Part shown: positions 14,454 through 27,142 of the stretch, piece after piece
How positions within the stretch are numbered: the first letter of the stretch is position 1
Layout: every line of letters begins with the position of its first letter
Assembly (NCBI GenBank): GCA_951406725.2
Contig: OX597828.1
Coordinates: 32,612,001-32,676,000 of the forward strand
Source: Octopus vulgaris
Taxonomy: Eukaryota
Reading direction: 5' to 3'
DNA: 64,000 nucleotides
Program-made: the position numbers and the translations under genes
The notes under the pieces: generated by a model
What the model was told of the DNA's origin: nothing
The model's input: the letters and a program-made list of their open reading frames with translations, nothing else
The model's database searches: none

Positions 14454-15375
14454 GTAGTGGTAGGCTATTGGATGTTGATAACGATGAACTAAGAGCCGTA
14501 GTCGAATCCAATCCACGCACAACTGTTCGAGAGCTTGCTTCTGAATTAGACCTAACATATACGACAATTCTCAACCACTTGAAAGAGATTGGAAAAAACA
14601 AAAGTACTTGAGAAATGGGGGCCGCACGAATTGAATGACAATCAAAAATAAAAAATGCCATTTTGAAGTGACTTCTTCCCTTCTTTTACGCACCAAGAAC
14701 GACCCGTTTCTCGACCGGATTGTGACTAGGGCTGAAAAGTGGATTCTTTACGGCAACCGACGACGCTCTGCTCAGTGGTTGGTCGCCGAGGAAGCTCCAC
14801 GGATCTTCCCGAAGACAAAGTTGCACCAAAGAAGGTTATGGTGACTGTTTCGTGGTCTGCGGCCGGTCTCATCCATTACAGCTTTTGGGATGCGGGCGTA
14901 ACTATTACGCCCAAGTACTGTCAGCAAATGGGTGATATGCATAAGAAACTCTGACAACAACAGCCAGCATTGGTCAATAGAAAAGGATCAATCCTTCTCC
15001 ACGACAACGCTCGGCCGCACGTCACACAACTGACCCTGCAGTAGTTGAACGAATTGGGCTAGGAAGCTCTGCCTCATCCACCATACTGACCAGACCTCTC
15101 GCCTACCAACTACCATTTATCGAAGCATCTCGACAACTTTGTGCGTGATAAATGCTTCGAAAACCAAGACGATGCCAAACACGTCTTCAACGACTTCATC
15201 GCCACTAGAACGCAGGATTTTTATGTTACTGTCATAAATAAACTGGATTCGCGTTGGCAAAAGTGTGTTGATTCTGATGGTGTTTGTTTCGATTAATAAA
15301 GTTTTGTTTGAGCCGAGATATGTGCATGTGAATTTAAAGGTTAAAAACTGCAAGAACTTTCTTCACAATCTAATA
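14451..15375 (+). mobile_element. 5'-truncated mariner transposon relic (DD34D-type), transposase pseudogene
   Basis: Frameshifted motifs NPRTTVRELA, RIVTRAEKWILY, KKVMVTVSWS, LLHDNARPH and HPPY*PDLSPTNYHL. 3' TIR-like AAAACTGCAAGAACTTTCTTCACAATCTAATA. Confidence 0.93.
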
Positions 15376-15464
15376 CATATACATAAATGATAGATTAGGC
15401 TCTTCTTACAGGATTAATAGTTTTTGGCTTTTATTTATTGCATTTATCACATTTAGTGACGATA

Positions 15465-15552
<88 letters not shown>

Positions 15553-15950
15553 ATGTATGTATAGATATATAGATACAGATATGTTTATATAAAGATAGAT
15601 ATATACATATACATATATATGTATGTGTATATACACAGTCTTTCAATTAATACAGATATTAATCAAGATAAAATAATTCCATGTTAAAAATAATACCTAA
15701 ATATAATGTTTAAAACGTGATGAGTTAATTTTATTAAAAGAATAAATATGTAAGAGATTAAGGATAAAATTAATAGGAATTAGCAAGGGGTTTTCTAAAG
15801 AAGGGAATGGAAAATTTAGGAAACCCAATTTAAAAAAAAAAACTGTGTTATTAATTTCCATTAATTTCCTTAAACAGAGGACTCAGCGTAGTATATGTAT
15901 ATATTTAACGATTCCCCCTCTCTGTCTCTCTCTCTCACTCTCTCTCTCTC

Positions 15951-16018
<68 letters not shown>

Positions 16019-16087
16019 ATATACATATATATATACATATATAGATATATACATGTATACATATATGTCTACACACACACACGCGCC

Positions 16088-16154
<67 letters not shown>

Positions 16155-16329
16155 GTATATACAGAAATGTATGAAATTTATTGCTTATAAAAAGATATGC
16201 TAAAATAAATTATGTATGCATGTTTATAAGCTGCAAATTAATTAACGTTAAATAAGAACTTCGAATAGTAAAATATATTCTATCATACTATATTTCTTTC
16301 GTTATTTATAATACACATACACGCACGCG

Positions 16330-16700
<371 letters not shown>

Positions 16701-16736
16701 CATATATGTATGTATATATTTATGATTATGCATATA

Positions 16737-16904
<168 letters not shown>

Positions 16905-17692
16905 AAACAATCTTATGTTATTCCTTATGGGTAGAAATATAGGAAAGTGTACTCATAATAGTCGAAATATTTTTTAAATAATATATTTGAAGTTTTAACC
17001 GGTTTCACTGATTTTCAAACAGTTTAGATAGAAAGACGCGGCTTACGTTGCAAGCGTCTTGCTTGTGACTAGTGTTTGAAGATTGCCTTATTTTCATAGG
17101 GACTTCATGTTGAAAGTTAGAATGTTTTGAATCAGATTTGATTGGGAGAGGATAGTTACATGACAGGTCTCAGAAGTGTTTGCTTCTAGTTAATATATCA
17201 CACTCCCATTAAACTTGGAGTGCCTTGATTATAACTGAATACGTTCACCTAACAATGTCGGCCTTCTTTTTAAGTGCAAAATGTAATGTTAGGTGACGCT
17301 ATCTCAGGGGCGTAGCGGGAAACGTACAAAAGGTTATAAACTTAATCATGTGTTTATATTCTGCAAACACTCAACCGAAAACATCCAGAATATTACCTGT
17401 TTCGACATTTTCACTCAACCGCGTCAGCCTTAACTTACGACAGCAAACATCATCACTTGATACTGACATATGAACGTAGATATATACAAACATTTGTTTT
17501 GTTTTATATTTTATATTTTATATTTAATTGTTGATAGGTTTATTTTAGTTTATATATTGTTTATATATTGATTATATATGGATTATATATAGGTTATATA
17601 TGGATTATATATTTATATTTTTTCATTCATACTTTAATTATTTTAAAATTATTATTTGTATATTTTAAAATATTGATATTTTAGATTGAAGT

Positions 17693-17735
17693 CCACCTGA
17701 AGATTGTCGATCAAGACAAGAAACGATTGTAGTGG
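17693..17735 (+). ncRNA. Minimal type I hammerhead ribozyme motif
   Basis: CCAC-CTGAAGA-TTGTC(GATCAA)GACAA-GAAA-C(GATT)G-TA-GTGG: complete core, stem I CCAC/GTGG, 5-bp stem II, short stem III, GUA cleavage triplet. Confidence 0.8.
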
Positions 17736-17909
17736 CGGTTTTTTTTACTATTTATTAAAATTTTATGTATTGATTAAGTCTTTCCTTGTTTGTTTTGCAA
17801 AATAGTGGTTTTGTCTCTAATAATATTTTATAATATTTTACTATAAAATTGGATTTAATCCTAAATCTGATTTTTTTCCCTGTAAATTTGGATTTATTCC
17901 CTAATATTT

Positions 17910-17941
<32 letters not shown>

Positions 17942-18639
17942 TACTTCCATCATCATATATATATACAACGAAGAAAAACAGAAAACGGAGATACAATTGA
18001 TGAATAACATTTGATTTGCATCATTTATCATTCATAAATGATAACTGATGTATATTAACTGTTATTCATCGATTGTATCGCCATTTTCCGTTTTCCTTGA
18101 ATATTGATAAACTCTAGTTTATTATTGTCATTACATTTCAGTTACGAGCATTAGCAGTAATGCGCATGATTAAATATAGGTAATACACCAGTGGATTTTT
18201 GAGATGCAAGTAACCTGTAACTTAACCCACATATATATATATATGTGTGCGTGTGTGTGTATGTATATATGCATGTATACGTAAAAAAATATTCAGTAAT
18301 TATATACGTAATAATAATCAGGGGACAGCTAATTGCTTCGCCACGTACCGAATTAGAAATAGACGCTAATGTCTTTTTAACTACTATAAAGATCTCCGAG
18401 ACAATAACACACTTATCTAAGTAAGCAAAAAGAAAAAAACTAATTGATTAATTTTATCTTTTATTATTATTATTAAAATATATGTGTGCATGTGTGTGTG
18501 TTAATACGTGTGTGTGTATTTATACGTGTGTGTGTGTATCTATATATTAAAAACTTAAGTCTTTAAGGCGTAGAAGATGGTACTTTTAGAATATTAGATA
18601 TTATTTTTAATAAAGGATATAAATGTATATCTTTAAAGA

Positions 18640-19350
18640 ATGGTGACGTTTTCTTGTCTAATAGTTGTTATATGGGATATGCTATTATATGTAAAAGGAA
18701 AAATGAAAGAAATTGTTATTTTTATTATTGATAATTCGTTTGTAATGTTTGTGAGTAGGGTGTTTGAGCAAGTCAGGGGAATTCCAATGGGTGGCAACTG
18801 TAGCCCCATATTGGCGAACATTTATCTCTCTTCATGCGAGTTCCTTTTACTTAAAGATCCCTGTTGCTAGGAAACAGATGGGTTTGCTTAAACAACTTAA
18901 TGGATCCTGCAGATACGTAGATGATATATTTAAGCCTAATTACGGTTTCTTTGAATTTTTACGCAGAAAATTATACCCTAGTCAGCTTATAGCCACCAGA
19001 TATGGTAACAATTTAAGAAATATTAATTATTTAGATCTCAATCTAATAATCAAGCATAATAATGAAATATGTACAGCCATTTATAATATAACAGAAGATT
19101 TTGGTTTTCTAAGTGACGTCAATGCCATGGTTCAGTAGTAAAATTACTAGTCTTATTGGTCATGATGCTTTTTCAGGGCAAGTTTTTAGATATAATACTA
19201 TGTTTATAATGCTAATAAATGTTTGGAAAGAATAAATAAACTGTTATTACATGATATGTTAAATTAATTAAAACTTTTATGGCTGTTTAGGTGGAACCCT
19301 TGAAATTTTAAATAAATATGGGGTAATATGTAGTCTTCGGCTTAGCAAAT
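18640..19350 (+). mobile_element. Penelope-like retroelement reverse transcriptase fragment (pseudogenised)
   Basis: IDNSFVMF..RVFEQVRGIPMGGNCSPILANIYL, then a frameshift, then CRYVDDIF...LYPSQL...INYLDLNL...IYNITEDFGF. These are PLE-type RT motifs. Confidence 0.88.
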
Positions 19351-20659
19351 ATTTGTAAGGATTTGAAGTTTTGCGATTCTAGACAATTGAGGAAGTAGTT
19401 AATACGCACTAGGTCATCATCTTTTGGGTGATGGAACCGCGTGTTTGATTAAACATGTAAGTGTTAATATGTGTAGTTTTAATATTTTTTAAACAGTTTT
19501 GATTAGCTTTAAACATAACAAGGTTTATGATTATAGTTAATTGCAAGTACTTTTATTAGTTTCTATTTAATGAAATTTAATGTTTATATTAGTAAATGGT
19601 AATTTAATATTATAGCTTGTGGTGCTGATATAATAATGAGTACGTAGTGTTTTTATTAACTTTTGAATGATGAAATAAGGTATTTCACTCATAAAAATAT
19701 TAGTTAAATTAATTTCAGTCGTGTTTGTTTTGTTTTGGAGAGATTTACATAAAGCTTTAACTTTCATTATAGTACTATCTATGGAAGAATGGTGGGATTA
19801 TGTTTTGTATTGACTTAAAGATTCGTCGCAAGTTAGCCTAGAATTTAGGTAGTGGGGTTTGCTATTAATACCAATACAATTAACATTGGTTTATGTGTTT
19901 CTTGTAGTTTTATTGATGCTAAATCCTGCCTATATATTGATTCATTGAAATAATGTGCTTATTGAGCTTTTACTTTTATATTATAATATGGAAGACGGTA
20001 GGGATTATAATTTCTGTATGACTTAATAGATTTGTCGCTGCTTAGTTACGTATTGAGGTGTAGTTGTAATAAATTTATTGAATTTATTCATCGATTACAT
20101 AGGTTAAATGTATCTGAAAGTTGTTGTTTCTTTCGTTTGTTTGTTCGCAAACAACACTAATTTTAGTGCTGTTGACACCGCTGGATTGAGTGGTACTGCC
20201 CAGGTGTCGAAAACATAATGATATCCGTCGGGCAGCTGATGATGGAAGTATGCTGGATTGCTTGTATGGCTGTTTTTGTATATATGGAATAATATTATTG
20301 CATTGTTGGTATGGCTGTGGAATAGTATTATAACGTCTCCTTTTATATATATATATATATATATATATGGTGAGATAAAAGTTATGTTTGTTCTCCTTAT
20401 GGGGGAGGTTTTAATGTCTATCCTGCGGGTAATGCTTCATTATGTGTCTGTTTGATGTCGGTGTAGCCTCGATGTTGTTCCACTAGTGGGTTATGAAGTT
20501 AGGTTCGATCCTGTTTCCTTCTGTTTACAGGGAGAGGGTTCTGTCTTTTAGGTAGGGGCGAACATGTGTTTTCGAGTTTTGCTTTGATTTTATAAACTGT
20601 AGGAAAGGGTTGCTAGTAGCGTATCTTGTTTGAAAGATAGTTTCCGAGTTTGAAAACCA

Positions 20660-21070
20660 AGTGGCCCAAGTACACTCGCCAACAACATATAGACTGACAG
20701 TGAAAAAAGTAGAGGACCTAACTGTGGTATATGTGTCAAACTAATTGAAGGATCGGAATCCTCCTTCAAACAGGGTTAACGTTTTACAGTGAAAAACAAC
20801 TTCACTTGTTCTTCGGAAAATCTAATATATGTATTAACCCGCTCAGGCTGTCAAGAACACTATATTAGTCAAACTAAAACGGTTTGCGTAAGAGGATGAT
20901 GCTACATAGATCCCAGATCATACTACGGGAATGCAAAAGAATAGCATTCAGCTAGCTCATTGATATTTGCGCCACTAATAAACAACCCAAATTTAGAATG
21001 TTTTCCACTTTATAAATTCAGTGACAATGCAAACTATAATCATCGCTTTATAGGAAAAGATAAACCTGTT
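20660..21070 (+). mobile_element. Penelope-like GIY-YIG endonuclease fragment
   Basis: RGPNCGICVKLIEGS...FTVKNNFTCSSENLIYVLTRSGCQEHYISQT..LRKRMMLHRSQI, with stops and frameshifts. Confidence 0.85.
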
Positions 21071-21825
21071 TCGAATGCCACCATCACTACCAGAGATGTA
21101 ACTACTACAAGAATTTAGAGTAATTACAATCACTACTAGTAGGAACACAACAAGTCACTTTTAGGTCATTTGAACATTAAAGAAGATTCCATGAACAATT
21201 TCCTGTTACAGCATTCCTGTAATTTTCTTTTCTCTCTCCTTCTCTCTTTTCTTTCCCTACTCCTACTTCTCTTCCTCCTCCTTCTTCTCCTCCTCTATCT
21301 GCTGCTCCTGCTTAAACCATGAATTCTCTGTAACCAAACTATTCCTACAGATTTCCTACCACCCACTTACGACACATTCCAAAAGGAATAAAGAGAGAGG
21401 GAGATACAGACTATCTGAAGACTTATTTACCTGTTTAAAGACTACATACATGTCACATAATATTTGTTCTCCAATTCTAAAGTGCTGAGTGAGTTCTGAT
21501 AGTGTTGTGTTCTTTATTTGTAAGAAAGAACATAAGCTCTCTACCTGGGGCTGAGTTTGTTTAAAATTTCATTCTTTTCTGTCCATTCCATGTCATAAAA
21601 CTGGGCGAGACAATGGTAGGAATTCAATAATTTAACAAGCATAACAGATTAAATAGCAAACTCTTAATCTCTATTTCGTTTTTGGATTTGGTTTGCATGA
21701 TTCTTTATATGAGTTCGTGTGTTGAAGCATATTCTATTGTGTCTGGGGAGAGCCATTCTCTTTTAGTGCCTTATTATTTAACACACTCACCTGTTAAATT
21801 TCCACTTATGTCTTATTTTTATATT

Positions 21826-21862
21826 CTAAACTTTTCGTTGCGTCTTGCAACCTTTTCAATAG
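21826..21862 (-). ncRNA. Hammerhead-like motif with U3-A8 core variant
   Basis: Minus strand reads CTA-TTGAAAA-G-GTTGC(AAGAC)GCAAC-GAAA-AG-TT-TAG. Perfect 5-bp stem II; stem I only 3 bp. Confidence 0.45.
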
Positions 21863-22393
21863 TCTTGATTCTCTTTTCAATAGTCTTAATCTCTAGAAAT
21901 ATTATTTGAAATTTGATTCAAGACTTATACAATAGTGGGATTTCAAGATAGAAATTCATTGCCTTTCGGGAAAAAAAAAATTACTCAAGGAATCCTAAAT
22001 AATTATGTTAAACAAAATGAATGTAGGAAAAAACGGGACATACAGTTCTACATTTAAAATATGAGAATTTATGTACATTATTTACGTTATTTACATTTGA
22101 CAGATATTTTTCTCATCTTGTTTGTTGTTAACACAACTTTTCGGCTGATACACCCGCCACCATTTGAAAATACGAAAAGTAAAAGAAGCAGCACATATGC
22201 TAGGACGCAACAACTACCTATAAGCCCTAAAATTCACTCAATAATTGCCCACGAGCATATGGCGGAGAGGTTAAAAGCGTGGGCTACTAACCCCAAGATT
22301 CCGAGTGGGATTCCAGGCAGTGATCTTAATAATAATAATTATTATTATTATTCAGATCCCTTCCTGGAATCGAACTGAAATAGAGGCACGATT

Positions 22394-22437
<44 letters not shown>

Positions 22438-22712
22438 GTATAGAATCTCTTAACATTTGCATTTCCTCAAAGATCTCTAGACTGTCGCCGTAAGGCTCCG
22501 CTCAAAATCGCGAAAATAATATGAGGAGGGATATTCTAAAAGACTCACGCCATATGTAAGATTTTTGTTAGTAAGTGTTGAGTAATGCGGTAAGTACGGT
22601 GTTAGATCCAAAAGTTTTAAAACTTTAATGAAACTGCTGTGCATATGAGTTTTGCCAATCAGTCGCGTATCAGTCAGTCAAGAATTCTGAAATTTATATA
22701 TTTAGCATCATA

Positions 22713-23710
22713 AGGCGGCGAGCTGGCAGAAACGTTAGCACGCCGGGCGAAATGCGTAGCCGTATTTCGTCTGCCAGTACGTTCTGAGTTCAAATTCCGC
22801 CGAGGTCGACTTTGCCTTTCATTCATTCGGGGTCGATAAATTAAGTACCAGTTACGCACTGATGTCGATGTAATCGACTTAATCCGTTTGTCTGTCCTTG
22901 TTTGTCCTCTCTGTGTTTAGCCTCTTATGGGTAATAAAGAAATAGGTATTTCGTCTGTCGCTACGTTCTGAGTTTAAATTCCGCCGAGGTCGACTTTGCC
23001 TTTCATCCTTTCGGGGTTGATTAAATAAGTACCAGTTACCCACTGGGGTCATTATAATCGACTTAATCTGTTTTGTCTATCCCTGTTTGTTCTCTCTGTG
23101 TTTAGCCGCTTGTGGATAGTAAAGAAATAGGCATTTTGTCTGTCTTAAGTAGGCGAGCTGACAGAAACGTTAGCACGCCGGGAGAAATTCTTAGCGGTAT
23201 TTCGTCTGCCGCTACGTTCTGAGTTCAAATTCCGCCGAGGTCGACTTTGCCTTTCATCCTTCCGGGGTCGATTAAATAAGTAGCAGTTACGCACTGGAGT
23301 CGTTATAATCGAGTTAATCCGTTTGTCCGTCCTTGTTTGTCCTCTCTGTGTTTAGCCCCTTGCGGGTAATAAAGAAATAGAAATAGGTATTTCGTCTGCC
23401 GCTAAGCTCTGAGTTCAAATTCCGCCGAGGTCGACTTTGCCTTTCATCCTTTCGGGGTCGATTAAATAAGTAGCAGTTACGCACAGGGGTCGTTTTAATC
23501 GACTTAATCCGTTTGTCCGTCCTTGTTTGTCCTCTCTTTGTTTAGCCCCTTGTGGGTAGTAAAGAAATAGTTATTTCGTCTGTCTTTACGATTTGAATTC
23601 AAATTCCGCTGAGATCGACTTTGTGTTTCATCCTTTCGTACTGAGGTCAATCTAATCGATGACCCCTTCCCCAAAATGTTGGGCCTTGTATCTAGAGTAG
23701 ATAAGATTAT
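22713..23710 (+). mobile_element. Tandem array of a second tRNA-like SINE family (five ~184-190 bp body units, two heads)
   Basis: Heads GGCGAGCTG(G/A)CAGAAACGTTAGC at ~22713 and ~23150. Body GTATTTCGTCTG...GAGTTCAAATTCCGCCGAGGTCGACTTTGCC starts at 22762, 22946, 23197, 23387 and 23571. Confidence 0.9.
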
Positions 23711-23942
23711 ATATTTAGCTGCACCACACATTTAGAGTAGGAACAGTACTAGATTGTAAATGTCATTTGAAATTTATAGAGTTTCACAAAATGCAGGAGG
23801 ATAGAATATTTTCGGACCCTGAGTTAAAAAAATAGGTTTTGCAATGCGGTCCTAGTTATAGAAATTATGTTTTTCAGCTGAGAGAGTATTTCGGTGATAG
23901 TTACTGGGATAACTAAGTGCCTCTCATATTTAAAGGATTTTC

Positions 23943-24009
<67 letters not shown>

Positions 24010-24415
24010 ACTGATATGTACACATTTGAATATTTGTTCCAGATGTATATAAAATCGTTATAAATTATGTAGACCGAAAAACCCACATTTACATATAGGT
24101 CCCCCAATATTTATATACCAATAGATTTATGATTCCATTGAAGCTCCTAATATAATATATAGATACATTTTTATATATTTACTTAATATGCTTTATCCAT
24201 AATAAATATGTCGTTTTCTCCAAAACAGATTCTACATCATATTGTACGCTGCTAATCTGGTAGATTATAAAGATCTGCTGCCTGTTGTTCATTTTCTATA
24301 AATTATCATTCTGGTAATATTCTTCCCTCCAGTATAGTAGAATATAACAATTCATTTAAATTCTTTTATATTTGATTCTCATTTCTGCTCATGGAAATTT
24401 GTACTGCTAATGTGT

Positions 24416-24458
<43 letters not shown>

Positions 24459-24752
24459 TGTGTGAGAGAGAGAGAGAAAGAGAGAGAGAGAGTGTGTGTG
24501 TGTGTCTGTGTGTGTGTCTGTATGTTTTTATGTGTGCGAGCACGTTGCAAAATTGATTTGAATCATTGCGATGTCGGACCAAAATGATGAGTTTTGCCAT
24601 ACAAGTTCGTCAAAAATCATTCATATACATATACATACACACACACACACACGCACGCACACCTACACTCACACATACATTCATACATACTATTATATAT
24701 AAATATATACATAGCCACAAAAGAGTAGGAGAGAATGACGGAGATATGTGTA

Positions 24753-24756
<4 letters not shown>

Positions 24757-24792
<36 letters not shown>

Positions 24793-24808
24793 TATATATA
24801 TATGTATA

Positions 24809-24856
<48 letters not shown>

Positions 24857-24961
24857 TATATGTATGTATATATATATATATGTATGTATAGATATATGTA
24901 TATATATATATATATGTATATATATAGAGAGAGATAGATAGATAGATAGATAGATAGATAT

Positions 24962-25000
<39 letters not shown>
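24757..25000. repeat. (TA)n and (GATA)n microsatellite
   Basis: Directly visible. Confidence 0.95.
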
Positions 25001-25004
<4 letters not shown>

Positions 25005-26717
25005 TGTGTGTGAGTGTATGTCGGAGGGAATCTCTGTCTATGTCCGTACGTGTGCTCGTGTGCGCGTACATTTGTATATTTTTGCGTGTTAATATATGTG
25101 TGGACTAGGAAGGGAATGATTGATGAATTATGAGAGAAAGAAAATATTGAGAATTATTAGCTCAAGCAGCTGTATTAGTCTCCAAGGACACAACATATTC
25201 CTACTAAAAGCTCTAATATATTTTCCCTAGAACTCCTTCGTTTCAATGTATCTGGCCCATTTCTCTTCAACAACTGACCTGATAGAATCAAACTCGCACT
25301 TTGCAGCATTAACCCCACTTCGTTATCGATTTCTCTTACACGTTTGTTTCTATCACTACATCTATTTTGTCCATTTCATTCTCTTGTCTTAATGCAATCG
25401 TCTCACACTAGAATGTTACATTAATTTGATTAGGTATCCAATTCCCTGTTTTCTTATTTCTATTCAGTCTTTCTTTTCGCATCTCTCTTCGTAACTATTA
25501 AGGTGAAACTCTATTCCGTTCATTATATATGAGTCTATGTGGTTTAATATATATATACAGACGATTCCCATGCTAGAGACAGACTTCTTCCTAATTATCT
25601 ATTTTTCACGATCTCAGCCCTCTTTCCTTACAGAATTAGTCTGAAAACTGAATCCCGATCGTGGGTTAATGGTTAGGGTAATTTTCTCTCGAGACACAAC
25701 AAGGATTTCCGACTTGAGAATACGCAGGTTAAATTCTTAAATCTGAGGAAACCGGCGATGGTCAGCGAGGGCAAATATAAATGCCCTTTGAAAAGTTCCA
25801 CCAAATGTTCATTAGATTCATTGCTATTATGAAGGAAAATGCAAACATTAAGAGACATTTGATTCCTCTCAGAGATAAAAAAGACAATTAGCCCAAAAAT
25901 GTAGTGCGAAAAATAATGAAAACACAAAATGCAAGACATTAGCAAGTTCTTCTTGTGCTATCGTTATTCCATGCAAAAAAAAAAAAGGAACTAGTCAATG
26001 GTTGAGTCGACAATTCCTGTAATAGGGAGAGTAGGTATCCCCTCCTATTACAGGTGCATATGATACTGATTGGCATCCATTCCTTTCTCTTCACTGATGA
26101 GTCGGTTTTCAGCCGTCGTTATAGGTTAACAATGATTGTGAAGAATTTGTAATTCGTTGCTTATATCCTACTTCCTTATTGATGAGAGCTGAACTGAGAT
26201 CAACATTTTGAAGCAAAATATTTCCGTTTCGTGAACAGCGTCTGATTTTATGCTCAATAAAGTTCTAAAGTATTTGGTCACTAATGATATTCCAAGAGAA
26301 CATAGACTCTGAACATCTTTATGAAAGTAAAACTAATCTCGGCTTTGTTGTATTAGCCTTGAATCCAAATAAGTTTCTGTATAAAATGAACAATACGAAA
26401 CCTAACATAATCTTTTGAATTACAAACAAGATTTAGAAACAAAGTATGGGTGTCAGAATCTTTTCACATTTTTATCAAGGAAGACATAAGTTGGGGTTCT
26501 TGTTTATGATGTATATTTTAACGCTTTGATTGAAATGCTAATTTCCTATGAATGACTTTCCATCGACCTTAGTAAAAGCTGTAGTGTTCTGCGGCTGATA
26601 CCGCCTATCATATAGAATTTACGTAATTCATTATTTCTATCCTCATTGACGTGCAACATTTCATGATAGGTTCCATCCTTGTGAATTCGACTGTTCTCAA
26701 AAGGTCTGCAATTTTTA

Positions 26718-27142
26718 TAGGCGCAGGAGTGGCTGTGTGGTAAGTAGCTTGCTAACAAACCACATGGTTCCGGGTTCAGTCCCACTGCGTGGCATCTTGG
26801 GCAGTGTCTTCTGCTATAGCCCCGAGCCGACCAATGCCTTGTGAGTGGATTTGGTAGACGGAAACTAAAAGAAGCCTGTCGTATATATGTATATATATAT
26901 ATATGTATATGTATGTGTGTTTGTTTGTGTGTCTGTGTTTGTCCCCCTAGCATTGCTTGACAACCGGTGCTGGTGTGTTTATGTCTCCGTTACTTAGCGG
27001 TTCGGCAAAAGAGACCGATAGAATAAGTACTGGGCTTACAAAAAAAGAATACGTCCCGGGGTCGAGTTGCTCAATTAAAGGCGGTGCTCCAACATGGCTG
27101 CAGTCATGACTGAAACAAGTAAAAGAGTAAAAGAGTAAAGAG
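26718..27142 (+). mobile_element. Full-length tRNA-derived CORE-type SINE (OR-like)
   Basis: Head GGCGCAGGAGTGGCTGTGTGGTAAG...GGTTCCGGGTTCAGTCCC, CORE-like GGCATCTTGGGCAGTGTCTT, internal microsatellite, and tail GCGGTGCTCCAACATGGCTGCAGTCATGACTGAAACAA(GTAAAAGA)n. Confidence 0.92.

Noticed and set aside
15080-15125. SPTNYH (third catalytic D to N) reminiscent of domesticated SETMAR
   Set aside because: This copy has stops and frameshifts and no SET domain, so a single decay substitution is sufficient.
20165-20216. CTGTTGA...GACACC/GGTGTC-GAAA
   Set aside because: The core overlaps the stem and lacks A6, and there is no stem I or III; at best an unprovable fossil.
22713-23710. Regularly spaced repeats suggesting a CRISPR array
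   Set aside because: Whole ~184-bp units repeat with no unique spacers; the units are SINE-derived and the context is eukaryotic.
26718-26790. tRNA-like A/B-box sequence (also at 48060-48102)
   Set aside because: These are SINE heads without a complete cloverleaf, continuing into SINE bodies.
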